Below are positions 43,782 through 52,599 of a DNA stretch of 64,000 bases, piece after piece (within the stretch, counting starts at the first letter, position 1; each line of letters starts with the position of its first letter). This DNA comes from Flavobacteriales bacterium (lineage in GTDB: Bacteria; Bacteroidota; Bacteroidia; NS11-12g; UBA955): the NCBI GenBank assembly GCA_947447955.1, contig CANFLS010000002.1:9072-73071 (forward strand), written 5' to 3'. The position numbers and the translations under genes are program-made. Under the pieces are notes generated by a model. The model saw only the letters and a program-made list of their open reading frames with translations, was not told the origin of the DNA and did no database searches.

Positions 43782-45005
43782 TTATTGTGCCCACAATCCA
43801 GACAAATGTACCAATACCTCACTCGCTTTTTCCATGTCTTGCACACTCACATATTCGTGCTTTCCATGAAATGCCATTTCACCAGTGAAAATATTCGGAC
43901 AAGGCAATCCCATGAAGCTCAATCTGCTACCATCGGTGCCACCGCGTGCACTTGTTAATTGTGGTGTCATTCCTGCCATCTCAATCGCCTTGATTGCATA
44001 TTCAGAAATTTCAGGTGTCAACTGCACCACATCTTTCATATTTCGGTATTGCTCAGCAACTTCCATACTCGCAGTTGCTCCAGGATATTCAGCAACAGTT
44101 GCTTCCATCAACGCTTTCAACTTCGCTTCATGCTCTGCCAAATTCGCAGTAATAAAGTCCCTCACAATGAACTTCACATAGGCATGTTCGGCACCGCCAC
44201 CCATGGTAACCGGGTGAACAAATCCCTCACGATCAGACGTAGTTTCAGGACTCCATTCATTCTTAGGCAAACGACTCAAAAAGTCGCCAGCAATTTTCAA
44301 GGCATTCACCAACTTATCTTTGGCATAACCCGGATGGGCAGAAATTCCATAGAAATTCACTGTTGCTCCATCGGCACTAAATGTTTCATCTTCGTAGCAA
44401 CCGCGCTCACCCGCATCGAGGGTATAGCCATAATCGGCCCCTAATTTTTCAATATTTACATGATCTACCCCATGTCCAATTTCCTCATCTGGGGTAAATA
44501 AAATTTTAATATCACCATGAGGGATATTCGGATTTTGAACCATTTTTTGAACGAAATCCATAATAACCGCAACGCCTGCCTTATCATCGGCACCCAAGAG
44601 GGTTGTACCCGAAGCGGTTACGATATCGTCGCCAATTCTTTCTAACAAATAGGGATGCTCTGAAGGTTTAATCACTTGTGAAGTATCGTCGGGAAGCACA
44701 ATGTCTTGACCTTGATAATTTCTATGAACAATGGGTTTCACATTGGCCCCAGTACAATCTGGAGAAGTATCAACATGAGAGCAAAAGCAAATCACAGGTA
44801 CTTTTTTATTTACATTCGACGGCAAAGTTGCATACACATATCCATACTCATCAAGATGCGCATCGGTTAATCCCATTTCCAACAGTTCCGCGACCAAAAC
44901 CCTACTCAAATCTTTTTGTTTTTCGGTACTTGGAAACGTAGTTGACTCAGGATCACTTTGTGTATCAATCTTCACATAATTGCAGAAACGTTGTTCTATG
45001 TTCAT
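43782..45005 (-). CDS. pepT: Peptidase T (tripeptide aminopeptidase, M20B)
   Basis: M20 metal-binding motifs 'CFCSHVDTS', 'GADDKAGVA', 'TPDEEIGHG' and a C-terminal 'ARGGTDGS'. 407 aa. Confidence 0.85.
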   Translation of the reverse strand: MNIEQRFCNYVKIDTQSDPESTTFPSTEKQKDLSRVLVAELLEMGLTDAHLDEYGYVYATLPSNVNKKVPVICFCSHVDTSPDCTGANVKPIVHRNYQGQDIVLPDDTSQVIKPSEHPYLLERIGDDIVTASGTTLLGADDKAGVAVIMDFVQKMVQNPNIPHGDIKILFTPDEEIGHGVDHVNIEKLGADYGYTLDAGERGCYEDETFSADGATVNFYGISAHPGYAKDKLVNALKIAGDFLSRLPKNEWSPETTSDREGFVHPVTMGGGAEHAYVKFIVRDFITANLAEHEAKLKALMEATVAEYPGATASMEVAEQYRNMKDVVQLTPEISEYAIKAIEMAGMTPQLTSARGGTDGSRLSFMGLPCPNIFTGEMAFHGKHEYVSVQDMEKASEVLVHLSGLWAQ

Positions 45006-45037
45006 AGGTCAAAGATAAACATAAATGTTTATCTTTT

Positions 45038-45135
45038 GGATTAGACGGATTAGACGGATTAGACAGATTAGACAGATATTTTGATTAGACAGATTAGACC
45101 GGTTAGACGGATTAGACGGATTAGACGGATTTTGG
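45038..45135. repeat. Array of about 10 copies of the 9-mer (G/A)GATTAGAC. This is the left inverted terminal array of the four-helix-bundle cassette.
   Basis: 'ggattagacggattagacggattagacagattagacagatattttgattagacagattagac...'. Confidence 0.8.
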
Positions 45136-45245
45136 GTTAGGAGGGTTTGATAGTTTATTAGAGAAATTGCAATAAATGCAATTTAATTAATGAAATAACT
45201 TAGAGATTATTTAGGGGAAAGGAATTATGAATTTGTAATGAAGAA

Positions 45246-45635
45246 ATGTTTACAAGAAAAATATTCAGTTTTGAAAAATTAGAAGCGTGGAAAAATGCAC
45301 AATCTATTGCAATGAAAGTCTTTGAAATTACAGCAAAATATCCCGATTCTTATTTTTCACCCATGGCAAACCAAATGAGGCGTTCCGCCATTTCAATTAG
45401 TTCAAATATTGCCGAAGGACAAGGAAGATTTGAAGGAAAAGAACAAAGTCAATTTTACAAATTTGCTTATTCTAGTCTCATGGAATTATTAAACCAACTC
45501 ATCATAAGTCATGAATTAAATATGATTACGATTGAAGAATATGACGAAATTAGAAACCTTATTGACAAAACATCTTTACAATTAAATGGGTTAAACAGAT
45601 ACACTCGAACAAAAATCCCTCAAAAGAAATCTTAG
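45246..45635 (+). CDS. Four-helix-bundle protein (23S rRNA intervening-sequence protein family)
   Basis: 129 aa. 'FEKLEAWKNAQSIAMKVFEIT', 'MRRSAISISSNIAEGQGR', 'FYKFAYSSLMEL' match the TIGR02436/IVS-protein pattern. Confidence 0.75.
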   Translation: MFTRKIFSFEKLEAWKNAQSIAMKVFEITAKYPDSYFSPMANQMRRSAISISSNIAEGQGRFEGKEQSQFYKFAYSSLMELLNQLIISHELNMITIEEYDEIRNLIDKTSLQLNGLNRYTRTKIPQKKS

Positions 45636-45664
45636 AATCCTCCCGATAAATATCGGGATAAACA

Positions 45665-45760
45665 TCTTTATCACTAATCAAAATATCTGTCTAACCCGTT
45701 TAACCCCTAAACAAAAAATCAGTCTAATCTGTCTAACCCGTCTAATCTGTCTAACCCTAA
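45665..45760. repeat. Right inverted terminal array (GTCTAATCT / GTCTAACCC units) of the four-helix-bundle cassette
   Basis: 'ctaatcaaaatatctgtctaa' is the exact reverse complement of 'ttagacagatattttgattag' at 45067..45087. It is followed by '...gtctaatctgtctaacccgtctaatctgtctaaccc'. Confidence 0.75.
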
Positions 45761-46992
45761 ACGAGATCTGTCAAACTCATCTCCAACGCTTTGGCGCTTA
45801 AGCCTGTAGTTTTTGGATTGAATTGGTGTACACGCATGATGCTTGAGCGGATGATGTTGCTTACATCTTTGAAAATGGCAACGTCGGTTACTTCGGCATC
45901 TTGTTTCATCAAATAGGCAAATACACGCGCCATTCCACAGTTTGCAATGAAATCTGGAATAACTGCAAATTGGCTATCTGCAAGGCGAGAAATTGGACCC
46001 ATGAAAATTTCTTCATCGGCAAACGGAACGTTTGCACCACAAGAAACCACTTCGATTCCAGATTTCGCCATGCGATTTACTTGGTCTTCAGTTACCAAAC
46101 GGCTTGCAGCACCTGGAATAAATATTTCCGCAGGCAAATCCCAGATTTGGGCATTTACTTCTTCGAAGCTCATCATGTTTGGAGCGTTCAAAGAGTTACC
46201 ATCGCGGGTGAGGAACAATTCTAAAATTTCTTCATGTCCCAAACCATTCTTACTGATAATACCGCCATTGCGATCTATGATCCCTCCAATGCGAACACCG
46301 TATTTTGTTAGATAGAAGGCAGCTGCAGCAGCTACATTTCCCCAACCTTGGATAATTGCCAATTTGTTGTTCATGAAACCACCATACACTTCGTAATAGT
46401 GGCGAACACCTTCTGCAACACCCCAACCGGTAATCATGTCGGCAATGGTCAATTCTTTAGTAACATCTGGACTCAAACGCTCGTCGGTAATTGGCAACAA
46501 AACTCCTTTTTGCAAACGAGAAATGGCTTTCAATTTGTCTTCTGGAGAGTATTGAGTTAAATGTCCAGCAACAACACCTTCTTGGGGATGTAACACACCC
46601 AAAGCAGCTGTCATTGGAATCACCTCGTGAATTTCATCTACGTTTAAGTCACCACCTGTTCCATAGTAGTTTTTCAACAACGGACGAACGGCCTTGTACC
46701 AACGCTCTAAAACCCCTTTTTTACGTGGATCAGCAGGATCGAAATTAATACCAGACTTGGCACCACCAATTGGAGGACCGGCCACGGTAAATTTCACTTC
46801 CATGGTTTTTGCAAGGCTTTCAACTTCACGTTGGTTTAAACCTTTGCGCATTCGGGTTCCACCACCAGCAGCACCGTTTCTTAATGAATTGATTACAATC
46901 CAACCTTCCGCCTCTGTTTCGGCATCTTTCCAAGCAAAAACAATTTCTGGTTGTTTTCCCTCAAATTTCTGTATTAACTGATCTAATTTCAC
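45757..46992 (-). CDS. Glu/Leu/Phe/Val-family amino-acid dehydrogenase (glutamate dehydrogenase-like)
   Basis: 'GGGTRMRKGLNQREVESLAKTMEVKFTVAGPPIGGAKSG' (catalytic Lys-rich Gly motif). Rossmann motif 'IQGWGNVAAAAAFYL'. Confidence 0.75.
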   Translation of the reverse strand: MKLDQLIQKFEGKQPEIVFAWKDAETEAEGWIVINSLRNGAAGGGTRMRKGLNQREVESLAKTMEVKFTVAGPPIGGAKSGINFDPADPRKKGVLERWYKAVRPLLKNYYGTGGDLNVDEIHEVIPMTAALGVLHPQEGVVAGHLTQYSPEDKLKAISRLQKGVLLPITDERLSPDVTKELTIADMITGWGVAEGVRHYYEVYGGFMNNKLAIIQGWGNVAAAAAFYLTKYGVRIGGIIDRNGGIISKNGLGHEEILELFLTRDGNSLNAPNMMSFEEVNAQIWDLPAEIFIPGAASRLVTEDQVNRMAKSGIEVVSCGANVPFADEEIFMGPISRLADSQFAVIPDFIANCGMARVFAYLMKQDAEVTDVAIFKDVSNIIRSSIMRVHQFNPKTTGLSAKALEMSLTDLV

Positions 46993-47001
46993 GTGTATAT
47001 T

Positions 47002-48084
47002 TTAAATTAATTTCGAAAAATCTCCATCTAAAGAGCCCCCAACAAAAGCATGTTTTGCTCCGGTTGCATTGGGCAAAGTATTGCAAATATTTTTGGCGCG
47101 CATGGCTCCCAACAAGGCGAAAATCATGGCTTCTTTGTAGTTTACCAATTGTTCATCTGGCACCACTACTTGGGCTTCGGTTTCAGACTTAATAAAGTCT
47201 ACCAACACCTGATTCAAAGCACCGCCACCGGTAACCAAAATTCGCGTTTCTTGCAAATCTTTTTCGGCAATTCGGTCTAGGGCAATGGCAATTTGAGTTG
47301 CAATGTGCATCACCAAAGTTTTCATGCGATCTTCTAATGGTTGATCGTCATAATCTCTCACCAAATGCCAAAAGTTTTTATTAATCCATTCTCTACCCAA
47401 GCTTTTTGGGTAGTTATTTTTGTAATAGGGAATTTCGTTTAAGGCATGTAACAACGGATAAATGATATTGCCGTTTTCGGCAATTTTACCATCTTCATCG
47501 TATTTCAAATTGCGTTCACGGGCCAAACGGTTTAGAATGATGTTACAAGGAGCAATGTCGAAGGCAATGCGTTTTCCTTGGTGTTTTGCAGAGATATTGC
47601 AAAATCCACCCAGATTCAAACAGAAGTCGTAATCTGGAAAGAGTAAATCGTCGCCCAATCCCACTAACGGAGCACCTTGACCACCAAGGGCCACGTCGCC
47701 ACGGCGAAAATTGGTAACCGCAGGAATTCCCGCTGTTGCTGCCAAAGTAGCGCCATCGCCAATTTGATTGGTAATCCAATTCTTGGGATCGTGAAAAATG
47801 GTATGTCCATGAGAAGCAATCAGGTCAATTTGCTTGCCCGTTTCTTGGGCAAAACCTCTTGCCAATTCGCCCAAATAACGTCCGTAAAACACATCGGTTT
47901 TTACAAAAACTTCGGAGTTTTGGTATTTCAATTGCGACAATCGCACCCTCCAAGTTTCGTTGTAAGGCACTGTAATTGCGCTGTCAATATTCACCGACCA
48001 TTGGTCGCCATTTTGCTGCACATCGCACAATGCCAAATCAATGCCATCCATGCTTGTGCCACTCATTATACCTAGTACCTTCAT
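47002..48084 (-). CDS. anmK: Anhydro-N-acetylmuramic acid kinase
   Basis: 'MKVLGIMSGTSMDGIDLALCDV' and overall AnmK/ASKHA-fold similarity. 360 aa. Confidence 0.8.
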   Translation of the reverse strand: MKVLGIMSGTSMDGIDLALCDVQQNGDQWSVNIDSAITVPYNETWRVRLSQLKYQNSEVFVKTDVFYGRYLGELARGFAQETGKQIDLIASHGHTIFHDPKNWITNQIGDGATLAATAGIPAVTNFRRGDVALGGQGAPLVGLGDDLLFPDYDFCLNLGGFCNISAKHQGKRIAFDIAPCNIILNRLARERNLKYDEDGKIAENGNIIYPLLHALNEIPYYKNNYPKSLGREWINKNFWHLVRDYDDQPLEDRMKTLVMHIATQIAIALDRIAEKDLQETRILVTGGGALNQVLVDFIKSETEAQVVVPDEQLVNYKEAMIFALLGAMRAKNICNTLPNATGAKHAFVGGSLDGDFSKLI

Positions 48085-48229
48085 ACTTTCTTACAATGTG
48101 TAAAAATGCAAAAATAGGCAATGAAAAGGAATAATTTTTGGATAAAATAGCAACCACAACCAATTATTTCAGGAATATGTAGCAGTTTTCACAAAGATTT
48201 TGTAAAATGCAAGTTCAAATTTATTTGCT

Positions 48230-49528
48230 ATGAAAAGAAAATCGTTTTTAACCATTGGAACTGGTCTTTTTGCCGCTGCTAATTTAAAGGCTGCCAATTC
48301 ACAAATTATTGAAGCACAACTCAATGATATGGGTTCTTTGGCACAACTTGACCAAACCGACAATTTCGATTGGGCCGCAATTAGAAGTATGTTTCCACTT
48401 GGTAACGACCGTATTTTCTTAAACAATGGCACCATGGGAATTACGCCCTACCCCGTTTTGAATGCAGTTCAAAATAGCTTTGAATCCATTGCCGAAAAAG
48501 CAGAATACCCGCACCATAGCGACGACTTAGAAAAAATGCTCGCAAGCATCATTGGCACCGATCCAAAAGAAATTGGCATTACCAAAAATGTAAGCGAAGG
48601 CATCAATCACATTTGTTGGGGTTTGGATTTGAAGCGTGGCGATGAGGTTATTTTAACCGAACATGAACATGTTGGGGGATGCTTGGCCTGGTTACACCGT
48701 GCAAAAGTGGATGGCATTGTCATCAAAACTTTTGTTCTTGGAAAAACCGCCGAAGAAACTTTGAATAACCTAAATGCGGCTATCACCAAAAAAACCAAAG
48801 CCATTGCAGTACCGCATATACCTTGCACCATTGGACAAATTTTGCCCGTAAAAGAAATCTGTGATTTGGCAAGAAGTAAAAACATTATCAGTTGCATTGA
48901 TGGAGCCCATCCGCTGGGAATGATTCAATTTAATGTGAAGGACATTGGCTGCGATTATTATGCAGGTTGTTTTCACAAATGGGTTTTGGGACCTATTGGT
49001 TCGGGTTGGTTATACATTGCACAACAAAAACTACAGCAGACCAAAATTTACCATGTGGCGGCATACAGCGCTGGAGAGTTCAACATGAGAGCAACTCCGC
49101 CAAGCATGGGACCTTTGGTAGATTCTGCAGGCCGATACAGTTATGGTACTTTTTGTGGACCTTTGCATGTGGGTGCATTGAAATCGTTGGAGTTTTACAC
49201 CAAAATTGGTCCTTCGCGCATTGAAAATCGCGTGAAATATTTGGCACAAAAATTACAAAATTCACTATTGGAAATTGGCGATGGCATAGAAATGCTTACC
49301 CCAACGGAAGACAGATCGCGGGGTGCTCAAATTGGATTCAGAATTAAAAAATCTAAGAAAGACAATCCAAATATTGGCTTTGTAAACTATGCAAGGTCTA
49401 AGCAAATGATTTTGAGGCATGTGGCAGAAAACGGACTCGATAATATTCGAATTTCAACCCATTATTACAATACCGAACGTGAAATAGAACAATGCGTATC
49501 TTTGCTCAAAGAATATGCATTCGGATAA
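48230..49528 (+). CDS. Class-V aminotransferase-fold PLP-dependent enzyme (secreted or periplasmic)
   Basis: Signal peptide 'MKRKSFLTIGTGLFAAANLKAANS', 'FLNNGTMGITP', and a 'HKW' PLP-Lys region. 432 aa. Confidence 0.6.
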   Translation: MKRKSFLTIGTGLFAAANLKAANSQIIEAQLNDMGSLAQLDQTDNFDWAAIRSMFPLGNDRIFLNNGTMGITPYPVLNAVQNSFESIAEKAEYPHHSDDLEKMLASIIGTDPKEIGITKNVSEGINHICWGLDLKRGDEVILTEHEHVGGCLAWLHRAKVDGIVIKTFVLGKTAEETLNNLNAAITKKTKAIAVPHIPCTIGQILPVKEICDLARSKNIISCIDGAHPLGMIQFNVKDIGCDYYAGCFHKWVLGPIGSGWLYIAQQKLQQTKIYHVAAYSAGEFNMRATPPSMGPLVDSAGRYSYGTFCGPLHVGALKSLEFYTKIGPSRIENRVKYLAQKLQNSLLEIGDGIEMLTPTEDRSRGAQIGFRIKKSKKDNPNIGFVNYARSKQMILRHVAENGLDNIRISTHYYNTEREIEQCVSLLKEYAFG

Positions 49529-50492
49529 TTCAAATGAAAAACTTGCCTCTCTCTTTTTTGAGGGATGGGAAAACGATCAAATCCAATTTGAACTAACCAC
49601 TTCTGGAAGCACCGGCGAACCCAAGAGAATCATTCTTGAAAAAGACAAACTCGTTTGGAGCGCCAATAATACCAAAGAAGCTTTCTTAAAAAGAACCATC
49701 AACAAATACCAACTTTGTTGTTTGCCCGTATCAAAGGTTGGTGGATTTATGCAACTGGTGCGCAGCGCTGTTTGGCATTCCCCGGTTGATGTGGTTGAAG
49801 CAAGTGCAAATCCGCTGTTGGAATATAGAGGTGCAGCACAAATTGCATCATTTACCCCCATGCAATTGTGGCATATTTTGAACCATGAAATTAGCAGAGA
49901 GGTGCTACATCAGTTTCACACTGTGTTGATTGGCGGCGGCACAATATCCCCCGAAATAGAAAAAACTTTGCTGAATAACTACCCCGACACCCGCTGGTTT
50001 CATACCTTCGGAATGACAGAAACTTATTCTCATTTTGCGGGACGAGAGTTGGGTAAAAATATATACGAAGTATTGTCCAATACAGAAATTGCCCAGAACG
50101 AACTTGGAGCATTAAAAGTGAGGAATTTTATTACAGATAACGAATGGGTCCAAACCAACGATATTGTTGAACTCATTGATGAAAAGCAATTTATATGGTT
50201 GGGAAGAACAGATTTCACTATTAATTCTGGGGGATTTAAAATTCAATTAGAAACGGTAGAATCTGAAATTCAAAAACAAACAAATTGGCCGAGCGATGCT
50301 TTTTTTTGTTGGCACATGCCCGATGAAATATTGGGACAAAAACTTGTTCTGGTTACCACTGAAAAGAATGTCCCTCAAAAATGGAATTTCTCGAATGACT
50401 ATTTCAAACCCAAAGAAATATTTGTAATTGATCAATTGATATACACCGAAAACGGCAAAATCAACCGGGCAAAAAGCTTTGAATTAATTTAG
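49515..50492 (+). CDS. AMP-binding (adenylate-forming) enzyme, short MenE/O-succinylbenzoate-CoA ligase-like
   Basis: AMP-binding core motif 'TSGSTGEPK', a downstream 'GMTET' and 'NGKINRAK'. 325 aa. Confidence 0.55.
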   Translation: MHSDNSNEKLASLFFEGWENDQIQFELTTSGSTGEPKRIILEKDKLVWSANNTKEAFLKRTINKYQLCCLPVSKVGGFMQLVRSAVWHSPVDVVEASANPLLEYRGAAQIASFTPMQLWHILNHEISREVLHQFHTVLIGGGTISPEIEKTLLNNYPDTRWFHTFGMTETYSHFAGRELGKNIYEVLSNTEIAQNELGALKVRNFITDNEWVQTNDIVELIDEKQFIWLGRTDFTINSGGFKIQLETVESEIQKQTNWPSDAFFCWHMPDEILGQKLVLVTTEKNVPQKWNFSNDYFKPKEIFVIDQLIYTENGKINRAKSFELI

Positions 50493-50915
50493 TGTTCCGA
50501 AGTAAAAATACATTCCAATACACAACGAAACGATGCCCACAAATCTCACAATTTGCGATTTCAATTGTGCATCTAAATAGGATTTTGGAAGACCCATTTC
50601 ACGTTGTTTTTTAAGGGTATAGGTGCTGAGAATAACGATATAAAGCGCAATCAATACGAAGTATGATAACGTTGGATTGATATGCCTATTTTCGAGCCAA
50701 ACCGATGCCCCAGAATACATGGCAGCTAGGTAAATAATTACAATTGACATTAAAATAACCACTGATGCCATTCGGGTTTTTGAGAAATTTGAAATCAACA
50801 TTCCTTTTTCTTCGTTGGACAGTACTTTCAATCCTTTTTCGCTTAAAATTTTGGAAACTATAATGGAAGTAATCATTATGCCCATTCCTAAATAGAAGTA
50901 ATATTCTGGTTTCAT
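50484..50915 (-). CDS. Hypothetical membrane protein
   Basis: 143 aa with four hydrophobic helices. Confidence 0.4.
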   Translation of the reverse strand: MKPEYYFYLGMGIMITSIIVSKILSEKGLKVLSNEEKGMLISNFSKTRMASVVILMSIVIIYLAAMYSGASVWLENRHINPTLSYFVLIALYIVILSTYTLKKQREMGLPKSYLDAQLKSQIVRFVGIVSLCIGMYFYFGTLN

Positions 50916-50960
50916 TTTGTAAAATTAGTGAGAATTGATGAATTTATATTAACAACCAAA

Positions 50961-51827
50961 TTAATTGGCTGGCATTTCTATTGAATAGGAAAATTGTTTC
51001 ATTTGGTTTGGTTCCAAAATATGGATACCTTCTTTGTCTCTCAAATTACCGGTTGCATTGGTTGAGTCGGCAAGTCCAGCCCAAGGTTCAATGCAAAAAA
51101 ATGGTGCACCGGGTTTGGTCCAAAATCCCCAATGAGGAAAATCAGAACTACTTACAGTAACCACTGGAGTATTGTCTAACTCGCAAAGCGTTACGCGGTA
51201 AAACGGTACATTTTTAAATACTACTGCATCGTGTTGAATGAGTTCATCAGATAGCAACAGTTCATGGGTGTTTTGCATAGTAGGAGTTGATTCTCCTGTA
51301 TATAATCCATTATCAATCAAATATCTATCTGCGGTAAATGGTTGATCGAACACCAATTTATATTGATTAAGGGGTTTGTCAATTGCAAATCCGGGATGAG
51401 CCCCTATAGAAAAAGGCATTTCAACTGACGATAAATTTGTTACAGAATAATGAATATCGAGGCAATTTTCTGTAAGAATATAAGAAATATTTAGCAGAAA
51501 ATCAAATGGGAATTGTTTGCGCGTTTCTTCATTGGAAGTCAGTTGCATGGATAAGGAATTTTCAGTATGCTGAATTATTTCAAATTCCATATTTCTGGCA
51601 AAACCATGTTGTAGCATTTCAAAATGCATTTCATTTTCCAAAAAACTATTATCTTTTAATTTACCTACAATTGGAAATAAAACGGGTGAAATTCTATTCC
51701 AAAATTTTAAATCCGGATTCCATAAAATATCTGTTTTATTAGTTAAATTGTGAATCGAGATTAATTCTGCTCCGCTTTTCGATGCATTCACAAAAAAGAC
51801 ATTGTTTTTTAGAGAATAATTGGTCAT
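50961..51827 (-). CDS. Aldose 1-epimerase family protein
   Basis: 288 aa. 'FPFDF', 'GAHPGF', 'HWGFWT' are characteristic of YihR/mutarotase-like epimerases. Confidence 0.6.
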   Translation of the reverse strand: MTNYSLKNNVFFVNASKSGAELISIHNLTNKTDILWNPDLKFWNRISPVLFPIVGKLKDNSFLENEMHFEMLQHGFARNMEFEIIQHTENSLSMQLTSNEETRKQFPFDFLLNISYILTENCLDIHYSVTNLSSVEMPFSIGAHPGFAIDKPLNQYKLVFDQPFTADRYLIDNGLYTGESTPTMQNTHELLLSDELIQHDAVVFKNVPFYRVTLCELDNTPVVTVSSSDFPHWGFWTKPGAPFFCIEPWAGLADSTNATGNLRDKEGIHILEPNQMKQFSYSIEMPAN

Positions 51828-51882
51828 TTTGCGCGAAATTAGGCAAAAGTATACCTAGCTCCCAAAAATCATTCTATATCAA

Positions 51883-52599
51883 ATGAATAATCAATCATCA
51901 AAACTTAAAATACTCATCATAGACGATGAATTATCGGGAAGGACGATGATTGAATATTATATTCAACAATTTCTAAATAATTTGGTTGATAAAATGGTTA
52001 AAGTTTCGTCGATTGATGAAGCAAAAGAAGCAATGTTGAGTTTAAGTCCAAATATTGTTTTCACCGATTATGAGTTGAGCGGAGAAGATGGACTTAAGAT
52101 TGCCCCCTTTTTATCTAAAGATTGTGTTTTGGTTGTTGTAACGGCTCACTCTCAATATGCAATCAATGCAATACGAGCAAATGTTTTTGATTATTTGTTA
52201 AAGCCAATTGATGAGGCAGAATTTATCAAATTTAAAAACCGATTAATTCAAAAATTAAGTATAAAATTTGGATTGCCTAATCCTTTAAATCCATCAGAAT
52301 CTTTTGTAATTAAAGAAAACGGAGAAAATATCTTAATTCCATTTGAAGATATTATTTTTATTGAGGCAAGTGGCGCTTACTCAAAAGTTGTAACTTTGAA
52401 CCGCAAATACGTAGCAACTAAAACTTTAAAAGCATTAGAAGAAACCATTTTACCAAAATCATTTTTAAGGGTTCATAGATCTTTTTTGGTACCTAAATGG
52501 CAAATTACAAGTTTTAGTAGTAATTATTTATGTCTAAAAGATGGCACACATATAAACCTTTCCAAAACTGGAAGAAAAATATTACAGGATTCTTTTTAG
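51883..52599 (+). CDS. LytTR-family two-component response regulator
   Basis: Receiver domain 'KILIIDDE...FTDYEL...LKP' and a C-terminal LytTR DNA-binding domain ('FLRVHRSFLV'). Confidence 0.85.
   Translation: MNNQSSKLKILIIDDELSGRTMIEYYIQQFLNNLVDKMVKVSSIDEAKEAMLSLSPNIVFTDYELSGEDGLKIAPFLSKDCVLVVVTAHSQYAINAIRANVFDYLLKPIDEAEFIKFKNRLIQKLSIKFGLPNPLNPSESFVIKENGENILIPFEDIIFIEASGAYSKVVTLNRKYVATKTLKALEETILPKSFLRVHRSFLVPKWQITSFSSNYLCLKDGTHINLSKTGRKILQDSF

Noticed and set aside
45038-45135. Possible CRISPR or minisatellite at the GATTAGAC array
   Set aside because: 9-bp units without spacers. They form inverted termini around a single small gene, which is cassette-like rather than CRISPR.
52530-52599. 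Frameshift or pseudogene suspicion at the RR/HK 70-nt overlap
   Set aside because: Both ORFs are intact and full length. The overlap is more likely a mis-called upstream start for the kinase than gene decay.
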